Shown: positions 51,845 through 62,584, counted from the first letter of the stretch. The stretch: DNA of 64,000 bases from Methanomethylovorans hollandica DSM 15978 (GCF_000328665.1 NC_019977.1:1976011-2040010); one strand, 5' to 3'. Program-made: numbers and translations. The notes: generated from the letters alone by a model not told the origin.

Positions 51845-54800
51845 TCAAGCTTTTGTCACGGTCAACTTCGGTCTTTGAGCTGCATTGGTCCACTCCGAGC
51901 TGTAAAAAGCAATGTAATTGCCGCTCTCGACCTTTGCTTTCAGGAAGAAGCCCGTGTTCTTGTATTTGACACTTACATATTCCTGTACAAGCTGTGTGAC
52001 ATCAAAATCATAGTACTTGTTGTCAGGAACTTTACTACCTGCAAATGTTAGTGAAGCATACGGTGTAGCACCCTGAGCAACATTATTCTTATCATACCAG
52101 CTTCCTCCAGCATTGCTCCATAAGACACCAGACATTCTTGAATTCCAAGTCACATATTGTGGATTCCATTCAAGAGGTCTATAGACTTCGACGATTGTAT
52201 CAGAAGTGCGTGTCTTACCTGCAGGATAGTACCAATACAACGACAGAGTTGCCTTTGATATCATATCCGTTGTTTTATAACTGCTCAGATCGAATATCAT
52301 CACATCTCTACAAACAGGTGTGCTCTTTCCTATGTCAAGATAAGTGGTCGTGGATAGAACACTAGATGGAGTATCTGAACGTAACCTGTTGTCAGAGGTT
52401 GGTGCATAAGATACTGTACTTGTTGGAGGTGGTGTACCACTTACAGTTACCTGCAATGTATCAGTAGATTTCTGGCCAATTGTGTCTGTAACAGTAAGTG
52501 TTACAGTGTAAGTCCTTGCGGTAGTATAGGTCTTTGTAGCACTAACAGTGCTTGCTTCTGAAGTTATGCCATTTGATGCATCGAAGTCCCACGAATAAGA
52601 TACTATTCCCTTATCATCAATGGAAGCACTTCCGTCAAATGTCACTGCAGAACCTACAGTACCGGTTTTATCGGCGCCTGCATTTGCAACTGGCATTGGG
52701 TCCCCAGTACTTGCTCCCTTAGTCACAGTTAATTTTGGCCTCTGTGCTGCATTAGTCCACTCAGAGCTATAGAATGCAATGTAATTGCCGCTCTCGGTCT
52801 TTGCTTTCAGGAAGAAGCCCGTGTTCTTGTACTTCCCACTTACGTATTCCTGTACAAGCTGAGTAACATCGAAATCGTAGTATTTATTGTCAGGAACTTT
52901 GCTACCTGCAAATGTCAGAGAAGCATAAGGTGTCGCACCCTGAGCAACATTATTCTTATCAAACCAGCTTCCTCCAGCATTGCTCCATAAGACTCCAGAC
53001 ATTCTTGAATTCCATGTCACATACTGTGGATTCCATTCAAGAGGTCTGTATACCTCAACTATAGTGTCAGATGTGCGAGTAGCGCCTGCAGGATAGTACC
53101 AATAAAGTGACAGAGTCGCTTTGGAGATAGTATCCGTTGTCTTATAGCTGCTTAGATCGAACAGCATTACATCCCTGAAACTGGATGTACTTCTTCCAAT
53201 GTCAACATACGTGCTAGTGGAAAGAAGTGTAGTTGGAGTAGCATCCCGCAATCTGTTGTCATAAGTAGGCGGATAAGAGACTGTACTTGTTGGAGGTGGT
53301 ACAGCACTGACAACTACCTGCAATGTATCAGTAGACTTCTGGCCAATTGTGTCTGTAACAGTAAGTGTTACAGTGTAAGTCCTTGCGGTAGTATAGGTCT
53401 TTGTAGCACTAACAGTGCTTGCTTCTGAAGTTATGCCATTTGATGCATCGAAGTCCCACGAATAAGATACTATTCCCTTATCATCAATGGAAGCACTTCC
53501 GTCAAATGTCACTGCAGAACCTACAGTACCGGTTTTATCGGCGCCTGCATTTGCAACTGGCATTTGGTCCCCAGTACTTGTTCCCGAAATCACAGTTAAC
53601 TTTGGCCTTTGAGCTGCATTGGTCCACTCCGAGCTATAGAATGCAATGTAATTGCCGCTCTCAGTCTTTGCTTTCAGGAAGAATCCAGTGTTCTTGTATT
53701 TGCCACTTACATATTCCTGTACAAGCTGAGTAACATCAAAATCATAGTATTTGTTGTCAGGCACTTTGCTGCCAGCGAATGTTAGTGAAGCATACGGTGT
53801 AGCACCCTGAGCAACATTATTCTTATCAAACCAATTACCTCCTGCTGTAGTCCATTTAGTGCTTGATGCACGGTTGGTCCAGCTTACATATCTTGGATCC
53901 CAGTCAGCTGCTGGTCTGTAGATCTGTACTACTGTATCAGAAGTACGTGTCTTACCTGCAGGATAATACCAGTACAGGGAGAGCGTAGCCTTTGAGATTA
54001 CATCTGTTGTTTTGTAGTTACTCAGATCGAACATCATTAGATCCCTGCAACTAGCTGAATTCCTTCCAATATCAATATAGTTTATAGTGGGGAATGCACT
54101 TGTCGGGGATGAAGTCCTCAGTCCATTGTCATAGGTCGGAGAATATGAGGTCGATCCTGCTGGAGATGGTGTGGTAGTTGTTGAATCGCTGGTAGATGGA
54201 GCTGTATTCACATTGTTGCTCATTGTGAAACCTCCTCCATATGTGTCCCCATTCTTATTATTGTAAAAATTGTTGCTCTGAACTATGAACTTTGCATAGG
54301 ATGGCTGTGTGTTCCATATACCCACTCCTGAGCCTGTAACCCCACTCATTCCATCATTGTTCATTATGACATTGTTCCTCACATAAGTGGTGAACTGTGC
54401 CTTTTGTTGTGCAACAGATACAAAAGCATCATGATTTGGATACCCAGACCATACATGCCATTTTATTGCAGCATTACCACCATCATCAAATACATTATTC
54501 TCGATGATAGTATTATCAAAATTCTGCATTGTGATCGCTGCATTGGTGTATCCGGTATTCAAAGGATCCTGTCCTACTTTTGTAAAAGTATTGTTATGTA
54601 TATAGACATTCTTTGCCCTTATGACATTATCAGTATATGCTGCAACCATCAAGATTCCTGAACCTCTCATGGTACTTATCTTATTATTATATATTTCTAT
54701 ATTATTAAAGGACAAATTGCCTAAACTATTGGTTTTATCGATCTCTATTGCCGGCCCTGTTGATGTGCCGCCCCCGTCAGAATAGATTATATTATCATGA

Positions 54801-55645
54801 ACAGTAAAATCAGAGGCACCGCCGAATAACCTGCACGCACTATTTGTCCGTGTGAAGACAGTGTTGTATGCAACTTCACCATTATTCGAGTAAAGTATGT
54901 GAAAAGCATCATGCCCAATCTTGTAAACATCATTATGAGTAAAAACGATGTTACTGCCTCCTCTTACCTGTACACCATCGTTACAACTCCATTCAAAACG
55001 CATGTTGGATACTTCTATGTTACTAGAATCTACAAAATTTATTAGATTATAATAGCTTCTTCCAAAAGGAACACCCTGAGTTTCGCTGTTTCCATCGATA
55101 ATAAATCCGGTGATCATGATATTCTTTGCTCCGGTATCACCTCGGATCATTGGAACATTGCTGGACCAACCTGCCTTTGGAACAAGTTTTATTTCAGCAG
55201 TGGAGTCACCTGTGAGTTTTGTGTTTGAGCCGATGTAAAGAGTGCTATCTATCCAGTATGTGTTTGGACCTTTCAGGTATACAGTACCGCCACCAGTACT
55301 TTTTACGTATGCCAGTGCTTTATTTATTTCAACATGATCATTCGTTCCGTCACAAATGTAGTCGGCACTTCCACTCGCCGCAACATATGCATTTGCTGCA
55401 GATGATATACCGGATCCGATTATTGAAAAACACAGGAAACAAAATACTAATCCAAGGACAGAAAAAGATGTTTGTTTAAAGGTGGTGTTGTTTTTATTTT
55501 TAGCGAAATTGTATTTTGCAGAGAAAGTAGCTGATGTTGAGTAAAAAGAACTGCTCAACCATAAAACAAGTAAGAACACATAACGTGATTTAGCCCACCT
55601 ATGGGCACTAAATCTTTTAAAAATCTTAAAACATATATTATCCAT
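51845..55645 (-). CDS. Cell-surface protein: parallel beta-helix + three disaggregatase-related (DNRLRE) domains + two PKD domains; start uncertain
   Basis: YDNGLR/YDNRLR/SDNRLR repeats with SKATLSLYWYYP; PVANAGAD...SYSWDF PKD domains; hydrophobic signal-like segment near the N-terminus. Confidence 0.9.
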   Translation of the reverse strand: MDNICFKIFKRFSAHRWAKSRYVFLLVLWLSSSFYSTSATFSAKYNFAKNKNNTTFKQTSFSVLGLVFCFLCFSIIGSGISSAANAYVAASGSADYICDGTNDHVEINKALAYVKSTGGGTVYLKGPNTYWIDSTLYIGSNTKLTGDSTAEIKLVPKAGWSSNVPMIRGDTGAKNIMITGFIIDGNSETQGVPFGRSYYNLINFVDSSNIEVSNMRFEWSCNDGVQVRGGSNIVFTHNDVYKIGHDAFHILYSNNGEVAYNTVFTRTNSACRLFGGASDFTVHDNIIYSDGGGTSTGPAIEIDKTNSLGNLSFNNIEIYNNKISTMRGSGILMVAAYTDNVIRAKNVYIHNNTFTKVGQDPLNTGYTNAAITMQNFDNTIIENNVFDDGGNAAIKWHVWSGYPNHDAFVSVAQQKAQFTTYVRNNVIMNNDGMSGVTGSGVGIWNTQPSYAKFIVQSNNFYNNKNGDTYGGGFTMSNNVNTAPSTSDSTTTTPSPAGSTSYSPTYDNGLRTSSPTSAFPTINYIDIGRNSASCRDLMMFDLSNYKTTDVISKATLSLYWYYPAGKTRTSDTVVQIYRPAADWDPRYVSWTNRASSTKWTTAGGNWFDKNNVAQGATPYASLTFAGSKVPDNKYYDFDVTQLVQEYVSGKYKNTGFFLKAKTESGNYIAFYSSEWTNAAQRPKLTVISGTSTGDQMPVANAGADKTGTVGSAVTFDGSASIDDKGIVSYSWDFDASNGITSEASTVSATKTYTTARTYTVTLTVTDTIGQKSTDTLQVVVSAVPPPTSTVSYPPTYDNRLRDATPTTLLSTSTYVDIGRSTSSFRDVMLFDLSSYKTTDTISKATLSLYWYYPAGATRTSDTIVEVYRPLEWNPQYVTWNSRMSGVLWSNAGGSWFDKNNVAQGATPYASLTFAGSKVPDNKYYDFDVTQLVQEYVSGKYKNTGFFLKAKTESGNYIAFYSSEWTNAAQRPKLTVTKGASTGDPMPVANAGADKTGTVGSAVTFDGSASIDDKGIVSYSWDFDASNGITSEASTVSATKTYTTARTYTVTLTVTDTIGQKSTDTLQVTVSGTPPPTSTVSYAPTSDNRLRSDTPSSVLSTTTYLDIGKSTPVCRDVMIFDLSSYKTTDMISKATLSLYWYYPAGKTRTSDTIVEVYRPLEWNPQYVTWNSRMSGVLWSNAGGSWYDKNNVAQGATPYASLTFAGSKVPDNKYYDFDVTQLVQEYVSVKYKNTGFFLKAKVESGNYIAFYSSEWTNAAQRPKLTVTKA

Positions 55646-55654
55646 ATATTTACA

Positions 55655-55920
55655 CCCCACTTTGACATCACAAGTGATAAAAATATTATTAGCCTTGCAG
55701 TTGTTGACTAGATATGCAGCAAAAACTAGGAACATACGATATAATTCCTAACGACAATATATGCATTCCTATCGGAACCATTATGGCTGTAAACAAACTC
55801 TATGATGTTCTTGACTTTCCCACTATTATTGGTAAACACTAAAAGAATGGAATTGATATCAATGACCTGCTGAAAGCTCTTGTGAGCTACAAGCTTACAG
55901 ACAATTTCAGCATAAGTAAG
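55655..55920 (+). pseudogene. IS1634-family transposase 5' fragment with probable left end
   Basis: ATG 55713: MQQKLGTYDIIPNDNICIPIGTIMAVNKLYDVLDFPTIIGKH*KNGIDINDLLKALVSYKLTDNFSISK, matching the N-terminus I recall for Methanosarcinales IS1634 transposases; internal stop, truncated. Confidence 0.7.
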
Positions 55921-55924
55921 GGTG

Positions 55925-56022
55925 GGCAGCGTATCTATTTTGCTGTAAAATATGATAGCTCTGTACCTTAATAGAATATTGCGAACAACCAGGAGAAGGT
56001 ACAGTGAAACGGGGACACTACC
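55925..56022. mobile_element. MITE-like element, copy B
   Basis: Homologous to 49968-50077 with a ~13-bp internal deletion; ends GGCAGCGT.../...ACACTACC. Confidence 0.6.
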
Positions 56023-56347
56023 TAAAATCCCAAGCCATCTGTATATTCACATACCTTTAGCATATTATGCTGCCCATAATAATTTACATTCGGGTCTTGT
56101 TAAATATCATTGTGCTATAAGTGGTTTCAACCCAGTCATAAATTACTGGGGCTAAATCCATAGGGGATTAAAAATCCCACAAACTTCCCACGATGTCAGC
56201 AAAATTCTCATTCTCTCCATGCTGGCATCTCCCACTCTTCACAAAGATGTTGGTTAAAAGATTTGATATGCTATCCTGCTTTGTTGCTTTACCGGACTGC
56301 GTTCATGTTTGACAGCTTAATATAAAAAATATGCACCAGAAGCATGA

Positions 56348-56696
56348 TCATCTCCTCCTGTTGATCGTACGGAATGCTGTTGCAAAGAATCCTGCGAACA
56401 CTGCATCTGCCAGCCATGCCTTCGGCAGCCATTTTGTTTCTTTGATCCAGTATGTGCCATCTGCTAACCGGGTTACTGACCGTTGCCTGCGTTGCGTTAG
56501 CGATAGCCGTGCCATACACAGTATTGGTTAAAGGGTCGTACAATTCGTAGGTCCATTTATTCGTTACATTGTATAGCGGGAAGATCTATTCGGTTGCATT
56601 TGTGGAATTAGCTATGATGATCTGCACATTGCAGGTCATGCTATTGGTATTCCAGTCCTTCCACACGGTTGTGGGTGGGAAATAGCCAGGAACTTC
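56348..56696 (-). pseudogene. Degraded C-terminal fragment of a surface/membrane-anchored protein
   Basis: Stop and frameshift in a Thr/Asn-rich frame ending LADGTYWIKET...AVFAGFFATAFRTINRRR*. Confidence 0.4.
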
Positions 56697-56764
56697 AGTG
56701 ATGGGAGTATGTCAGCTGCCTGCCTACAGACCTGCATTAACAATTAGTTGTTCATGATATTTTA

Positions 56765-57006
56765 CAATAAAAGAGGAGAATATGAACTAAAACACAGGCA
56801 TATCAAAGACACAGTTAAATTCGACATCAGAAAAGTAAGAGTGACGAGTAGAGAACTTTACTCCCTACTTAGTTTCGTAGCATATCAGTTTTTGATACTT
56901 ACGGTACTATAAAATTGTTTTCAAGAAATAAATTCATTTGGGAGGTTCTTTCGACAAATATTGTCTAATTAGAATTGGGAATATTTGAAGCTAATTAGAT
57001 GGTCTC
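56765..57006 (+). pseudogene. Inverted 3' remnant of the same IS family as 57050-58324
   Basis: KRGEYELKHRHIKDTVKFDIRKVRVTSRELYSLLSFVAYQ...NSFGRFF aligns to the transposase C-terminus; terminal repeat CTAATTAGATGGTCTC at 56991-57006. Confidence 0.8.
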
Positions 57007-57049
57007 AATGATAGAAAAGGTATGGCCAAATAACTTAGGTCTTCATAAA

Positions 57050-58324
57050 GAGGCCATCAAATTAGCTCCTTATATTTCTATTCTAATTTGATGTACTTTT
57101 TTAGAATAGCCTCCCAAACGAATTCCTGAGTTTAACTTTATTTTGCAATTCAGTAAGCACTAATAGTTGATAGGAAACGAAATTCAGCAGAGAGTAGAGA
57201 GCTCTGCTCTCTACTCTTATTCTTCTGACATCGAAGTTCATCGTATCTTTCATGTGGCCATGTACTTTTTCGCATTCTACTCTTTTCTTGTATAACTCCC
57301 AAAATAATTCATCGAGGATGTTTTGATTTCTTAGGTACATCCCAACTTGTTCTTGTCTTCCATTTTCATACAGAAACTTCAGCTTATTTTCTATTTTGGT
57401 ATGAACTTCTCCACCAAGTTTCCACATTTTGTTCACCCAATGATCAATCCTCTCTACTTCACCTTCTTTGTGCAATACTGCATCACACGAGTAGGAAATA
57501 ATTGGTTTTGCATTCAGATGATACCATATATCTGCATTGTTTTGGAATGAGTCATAAGCTCCATCCGCAGCATAAAATTCAATATTAGCTTCCATTTTCT
57601 TTAATGCGTGTATGTGTTTGATAAGTTCCGTAGAATCAGAACTAAGGCCATTAGTATATGTCATAAATACCGGATAAGTTCCAATCATTGTAATGTGAGC
57701 TTTGTCCATTTTACATTTATAATGCGGATTATAATCCGCATATTTGTCATATCGTGAAGCTTCAAGAGGTGTTGAATCTATCTTGGCGTCTTTTAACTTT
57801 GAGCTTTTAAGAATCTTTTCGCCTACCATTATTATTAGTTCATTGATCCCATCTTCTCCAAGTCTATATTTTACAAAATGATGGAGGGTTCCAGCTGAAG
57901 GAAGTCTTATTTGCCCATTTTTATCACAGAACGATAGCATAATAGCTTCTTCTTCTGTTAAACTGGATACTGTTTTTTCATAAGAGAGATTCCTGAAGCA
58001 CTTTACAATAAAGAGCTTTATCATTGAGGAAACGTTATATTTAAAATGCCAACGTTTGTTGGTATACACAGTACGTTCAACGTATTGTGAAATGTCTTCT
58101 ATACAGAGAAAATGAAGAAATTGGCAAATAGAGGCAGTTTCTCTGTAAAGATAGTTTTCTATGGAGTCCTCGAAGAGGACTCCTCTATACTCGATAGATT
58201 TTTTATCCATAAAGAAGCAAAATTTTTTATATTTATAGCTACCACTGACCAAAAAAAAAGAGAATAGCAGTATCAACGAAAAAAGGAATAGGTTTTTAAA
58301 TCAAAATCCTAATTTGAGATTCTC
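57050..58324 (-). mobile_element. Complete insertion sequence (1275 bp, DDE transposase; IS5/ISNCY-like)
   Basis: 16-bp imperfect TIRs GAGGCCATCAAATTAG / GAGAATCTCAAATTAG; 6-bp direct repeat CATAAA at 57044-57049 and 58325-58330. Confidence 0.88.
57101..58210 (-). CDS. DDE transposase
   Basis: KIDSTP, ADGAYDS, YKKRVECEK catalytic segments; start MDKKSI. Confidence 0.9.
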   Translation of the reverse strand: MDKKSIEYRGVLFEDSIENYLYRETASICQFLHFLCIEDISQYVERTVYTNKRWHFKYNVSSMIKLFIVKCFRNLSYEKTVSSLTEEEAIMLSFCDKNGQIRLPSAGTLHHFVKYRLGEDGINELIIMVGEKILKSSKLKDAKIDSTPLEASRYDKYADYNPHYKCKMDKAHITMIGTYPVFMTYTNGLSSDSTELIKHIHALKKMEANIEFYAADGAYDSFQNNADIWYHLNAKPIISYSCDAVLHKEGEVERIDHWVNKMWKLGGEVHTKIENKLKFLYENGRQEQVGMYLRNQNILDELFWELYKKRVECEKVHGHMKDTMNFDVRRIRVESRALYSLLNFVSYQLLVLTELQNKVKLRNSFGRLF

Positions 58325-58391
58325 CATAAACATACAGGCAAAATAGGCTTATGGCAGTTGCCGCAAATAGAGAAGCAACATATACCGTAAA

Positions 58392-59831
58392 TTACCCCAA
58401 TAGTAAAAAAAGTAAACCTGAAACTGCAGCTCCGACAAAGGTAGCATAGAAATTCACACCACTGTTGGTCAGTATCCCCCTGTTCTGAAGTGTTGCACCA
58501 AGTAAGCTGTCAATGTTGGTGCCAATGAATCCTCCAAGAGTTGTCACTAAGAGCGCCAGGGGTATGTTTTCTACCCTGCCGAACAGAATAGCTAAAACAG
58601 CTATGACAAGAGAACCAAATATGCACGCAAGTTCACCAAGTATAGTAACAGCACCATCACGCCCTGGTTTTGCAGGCTTGAAATTCGTGATCATGCGTGG
58701 TTTTTCCTTTGAAGTTGTCCCGATCTCACTTGCAAGAGTATCCCCGGTAGCCGTTGCAACTGTACCCAGATATGAATACATTATGAGTTCACTGTGCTGT
58801 GGATATATACCATAGGCAACAGCAAGCACAAGAGCTGCCATACTATTGCTAAAGACATTCTCATAGCTCCTGACACCCCCTTTGGATTCAGCTATGCCAA
58901 TGGAGGCCTTGTAAGCATACTTGTATTTGGTAAAACCACCACCCAGTATGAAAAAAGTTAGGAGTAACAGGAACCAGAAAATATCGGCAAAGACTATGAT
59001 CAGTACACCCACAATGCTGGCACCCAAAAGAGCAGAGATATCTGCTATACGTGCTCTGTAAGCAAGATATCCTAGCAAAAGGGAAAAAAGAAGAGCAAAG
59101 AACATGTGTCCTGGAGGTACTGTGTACCCAAACGACGCAAAAAGCCACATTACCATGCATGACCCGAAAAGAATGGAAATATTATCATCCACTCTGGATG
59201 GAATGGACTTAAAAAGAGCACCAGTTACCGAACCTATAACAGCTATGAAAAAGATCATGTCGTAGGATACGGCAATTTCCTTCCAGTGAATGATCCATGC
59301 CCCTACCAGAAAAGCTGAAATGATACCAATGATCAGCATGACGAGACTTGAAGACAGATTGAACATATCGTTGTCTTCTCCCTTATATTTCTTTTCGGGA
59401 TAATCCAGCCTTGCCAGACATTTTAGTTGAGCTCGTTTCCAATACCGGAATAAGTTAGCAGAGGCACTTCCAAATGTGCTGATTGCTACAGCTCCACCGA
59501 TCACATATAAAGGGAAGGTTACCCCTTCCAGCCTAAAAGCATAGTTGAAAAGCAAAAGCAAAAGAATGGCAAAGACGATATTGTTTGCACTCCTGACCCC
59601 CTTATCGAAGGTCTTTTTCTGGTCGACATTTTCATTTGAGGAAAGGATCTCATATAGTTTTGACCTTTGTGAAGACCGCCTCAAAACCACAAGCATAAGG
59701 AACATGATCAATGCCAGTATACCTATAGGAAGAAAAGGATAGAGAAAGCAGGTAAGCCCAAGTGAAGCATGAAGCAGATATCTGATGTATACTGGATCCA
59801 TCTTTTTGATAACCCTCTCTATATTATCCAT
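58392..59831 (-). CDS. DUF92 (TMEM19/TIGR00297) membrane protein with N-terminal phytol/dolichol kinase-like TM region
   Basis: VDDNISI, RSYENVFSN, DTLASEIG, DGAVT, DSLLGATLQ, NSGVNF. Confidence 0.88.
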   Translation of the reverse strand: MDNIERVIKKMDPVYIRYLLHASLGLTCFLYPFLPIGILALIMFLMLVVLRRSSQRSKLYEILSSNENVDQKKTFDKGVRSANNIVFAILLLLLFNYAFRLEGVTFPLYVIGGAVAISTFGSASANLFRYWKRAQLKCLARLDYPEKKYKGEDNDMFNLSSSLVMLIIGIISAFLVGAWIIHWKEIAVSYDMIFFIAVIGSVTGALFKSIPSRVDDNISILFGSCMVMWLFASFGYTVPPGHMFFALLFSLLLGYLAYRARIADISALLGASIVGVLIIVFADIFWFLLLLTFFILGGGFTKYKYAYKASIGIAESKGGVRSYENVFSNSMAALVLAVAYGIYPQHSELIMYSYLGTVATATGDTLASEIGTTSKEKPRMITNFKPAKPGRDGAVTILGELACIFGSLVIAVLAILFGRVENIPLALLVTTLGGFIGTNIDSLLGATLQNRGILTNSGVNFYATFVGAAVSGLLFLLLG

Positions 59832-59908
59832 GTTCACCCTTTCCGAAACTGTTGGACATATGTTTAAGAACATATATATTTGTGATGTGTCTCTCAATGT
59901 ACAAAGCT

Positions 59909-60102
59909 GTCAATTACCCCTCCCTGCCACGCTAACGCGTGGCTAGGAAAGAACTTGCATATCAGTGATGAGAATATCAGATTATCTCATGCGTATGGGT
60001 GATTGACTGACACCCCTGAGATTCTAAGGTATACCTAAAATCTCGTGCTCTGTGCTCTATGTTGTTTGCAGCATTAAGATCAGCATTCATCTCATAACCA
60101 CA
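59909..60102 (-). mobile_element. IS200/IS605 (TnpB) remnant: C-terminal tnpB fragment plus right end / omega-RNA scaffold
   Basis: CGYEMNADLNAANNI (zinc-ribbon end + RuvC-III), then CAAG...AGGGAGGGGTAATTGAC right-end motif containing the hairpin GCCACGC-GTTA-GCGTGGC. Confidence 0.75.
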
Positions 60103-60341
60103 TATAACAATGGAATTTAAGGCTGTGTCGATTGTTCCTGCTAATAAATGCATTGCTACTGATATCCTTAATAAGAATGAATATGTTAAAATAATAGTAG
60201 ATTTTAACTGAACTAGACTATCGTGATTGGTCCAATCAGACATGCAGTGAAGCGTCTATCTCCTTAAAGATTATTTTGATCTGTCAAAGCTCGACCAAAC
60301 ATGTGATATTCAAGGTAAGTGCAAGAAAAGGAAGGCTGAAT

Positions 60342-60896
60342 ATGCAGGAAAAGATAAAAGAAATAGCTATTCGTGTTAAGGAACTGCGCGAGATATCCAA
60401 CATCTCGGCAGAGGAAATGGCCAGCCGGTTGAACATTGATACTGCCACATATCTAAGATACGAAGCAGGTGAGGCAGATATTCCTGCCAGCATCCTCTAT
60501 GAGATAGCCACTGAGCTTAAGGTCGATATGGCTGTGTTGCTTAAAGGTGAAGACCCCAGAATGCATGTTTTTACAGTGACCCGTAAGGATAAAGGTATAG
60601 TCGTTGAAAGAAGAAAAGAGTACAAGTATCAGAGCATTGCTGCCAACTTCATTCACAAGAAAGCCGAGCCTTTTGTGGTCCAAGTGGAACCAAAACCTGA
60701 AGGCACACCGATCTCTATGAACGCACATCTTGGACAGGAATTTGATTTTGTTCTTGAGGGGACATTGAAAGTGGTTATACATAATAATGAGATCGTGCTT
60801 GAAGAAGGCGATTCTATATTCTTCGACTCCAATTATCCGCATGGTATGGCTGCTGTCGGTGGAAAGAGTGCCAGGTTCCTGGCAGTAATAATGTAA
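60342..60896 (+). CDS. XRE-family transcriptional regulator with cupin domain
   Basis: N-terminal HTH (RVKELRE...YLRYEAG), C-terminal cupin (HLGQEF...[11 protein letters not shown]). Confidence 0.92.
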   Translation: MQEKIKEIAIRVKELREISNISAEEMASRLNIDTATYLRYEAGEADIPASILYEIATELKVDMAVLLKGEDPRMHVFTVTRKDKGIVVERRKEYKYQSIAANFIHKKAEPFVVQVEPKPEGTPISMNAHLGQEFDFVLEGTLKVVIHNNEIVLEEGDSIFFDSNYPHGMAAVGGKSARFLAVIM

Positions 60897-60913
60897 TTGG
60901 GAGACGAGAAAAC

Positions 60914-62584
60914 ATGAATTCTTTGTTAAACTGTTTCGTTCCTGTTTCAGAATTTAAATCCTATGAGGATTTTAAGGAGAACTTCACGATCAATGTACCG
61001 GATAAATTTAATTTCGCCTACGATGTTGTAGATGTTTATGCTGCGCAGCAGCCACACAAAAAAGCCCTTGTCTGGTGTGATGACAATGGCAATGAAGCGG
61101 TCTTCGATTTCAAAGACCTGCAATACTACAGCAATAAAACAGCAAACATGTTCGTCAAATATGGCATTAAGAAAGGCGACAATGTGATGCTCATAATGAA
61201 AAGCAGATTTGAGTTCTGGTTCTGTCTGCTTGCCCTGCACAGAATAGGAGCTGTTGCGGTGCCTGCCACTCACATGCTTACCAAAAAGGACATAGTATAT
61301 CGCGTGGAGCATGCAGACATAAAGGCAATAGTCTGTGCCATGGATGATTATGTACTTGGAGAAGTTGATGCAGCCTATAAGGAATGTGATTCTATCCTTA
61401 AGCAAAGGATGGTACTGGGTACAGATCGTGAAGGCTGGATCAACTTTAATACCGAACTGGAAGCAGCCTCCGAGAGCTTCAAGCGTCCTGTGGGTGAGGA
61501 GGCAACCAACAACAGTGACATATCAATCATATATTTCTCATCAGGTACCACAGGCTTGCCAAAAATGGTACAACACGACTTTGCATATCCTTTAGCACAC
61601 ATCATAACTGCGAAATACTGGCAGAACGTAGCTAATGAAGGGCTCCACTACACAGTGGCAGACTCAGGATGGGCTAAATGTATCTGGGGAAAGATATACG
61701 GTCAATGGATAGCAGGTAGCGCGGTCTTTGTCTATGATTATGAAAAATTTTCTGCAAATAAGATGCTGGAAAATACCGTAAAATATAATGTGACCACTTT
61801 CTGTGCTCCTCCCACTATATACCGTTTCCTTATCAGGGAGGATCTTAGCAAATACGAGTTCAGTAACCTGAAATATTGTGTGGTTGCAGGTGAACCCCTG
61901 AATCCGGAGGTTTACGAGCAGTTCCTTGAGCTTACCGGTCTGAAGCTCATGGAGGGCTTTGGACAGACTGAGACCGTGGTGAGCGTAGCTACATATCCCT
62001 GGATGGAGCCAAAACCCGGTTCCATGGGTAAGCCTTCCCCTATGTATGATATTGAACTCCTGAACGCACAGGGAAATGCCTGCGAGGTGGGTGAGGAAGG
62101 AGAGATATGCATAGATACAAGTTTTAGTAACCCTCCTGGGATATTTGCAGGTTACCGCTCAGAACCTGAGAGGACGGCAGATGTGTGGCATGATGGTTAC
62201 TATCACACTGGAGACATGGCTTGGAAGGACGAAGATGGATACTTCTGGTTCGTGGGCAGAGCAGATGATATAATCAAGACCTCCGGATACAGGGTAGGTC
62301 CTTTTGAAGTTGAAAGCGCATTGATAGAACACCCGGCAGTACTCGAGTGTGCCATAACCGGTGTACCTGAACCCGTACGTGGGCAGGTCATTAAAGCCAC
62401 TATAGTGCTTACAAAGAACTACAAGGCCAGTGATGAGCTGAAAAAGGAATTACAGGACCATGTGAAGAAGGTTACTGCTCCATATAAATATCCACGCATA
62501 GTAGAGTTCGTACCTGAACTGCCAAAGACGATCAGTGGTAAAATCAGGCGTGTGGAGATACGCGACAAGGACAAAGAAGAATGA
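60914..62584 (+). CDS. AMP-binding acyl-CoA synthetase
   Basis: [37 protein letters not shown]. Confidence 0.94.
   Translation: MNSLLNCFVPVSEFKSYEDFKENFTINVPDKFNFAYDVVDVYAAQQPHKKALVWCDDNGNEAVFDFKDLQYYSNKTANMFVKYGIKKGDNVMLIMKSRFEFWFCLLALHRIGAVAVPATHMLTKKDIVYRVEHADIKAIVCAMDDYVLGEVDAAYKECDSILKQRMVLGTDREGWINFNTELEAASESFKRPVGEEATNNSDISIIYFSSGTTGLPKMVQHDFAYPLAHIITAKYWQNVANEGLHYTVADSGWAKCIWGKIYGQWIAGSAVFVYDYEKFSANKMLENTVKYNVTTFCAPPTIYRFLIREDLSKYEFSNLKYCVVAGEPLNPEVYEQFLELTGLKLMEGFGQTETVVSVATYPWMEPKPGSMGKPSPMYDIELLNAQGNACEVGEEGEICIDTSFSNPPGIFAGYRSEPERTADVWHDGYYHTGDMAWKDEDGYFWFVGRADDIIKTSGYRVGPFEVESALIEHPAVLECAITGVPEPVRGQVIKATIVLTKNYKASDELKKELQDHVKKVTAPYKYPRIVEFVPELPKTISGKIRRVEIRDKDKEE

Noticed and set aside
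56120..56180. Imperfect hairpins CCCAGT..ACTGGG and GGGATT-AAA-AATCCC, possible IS200/IS605 end
   Set aside because: Too weak and no associated tnpA/tnpB remnant
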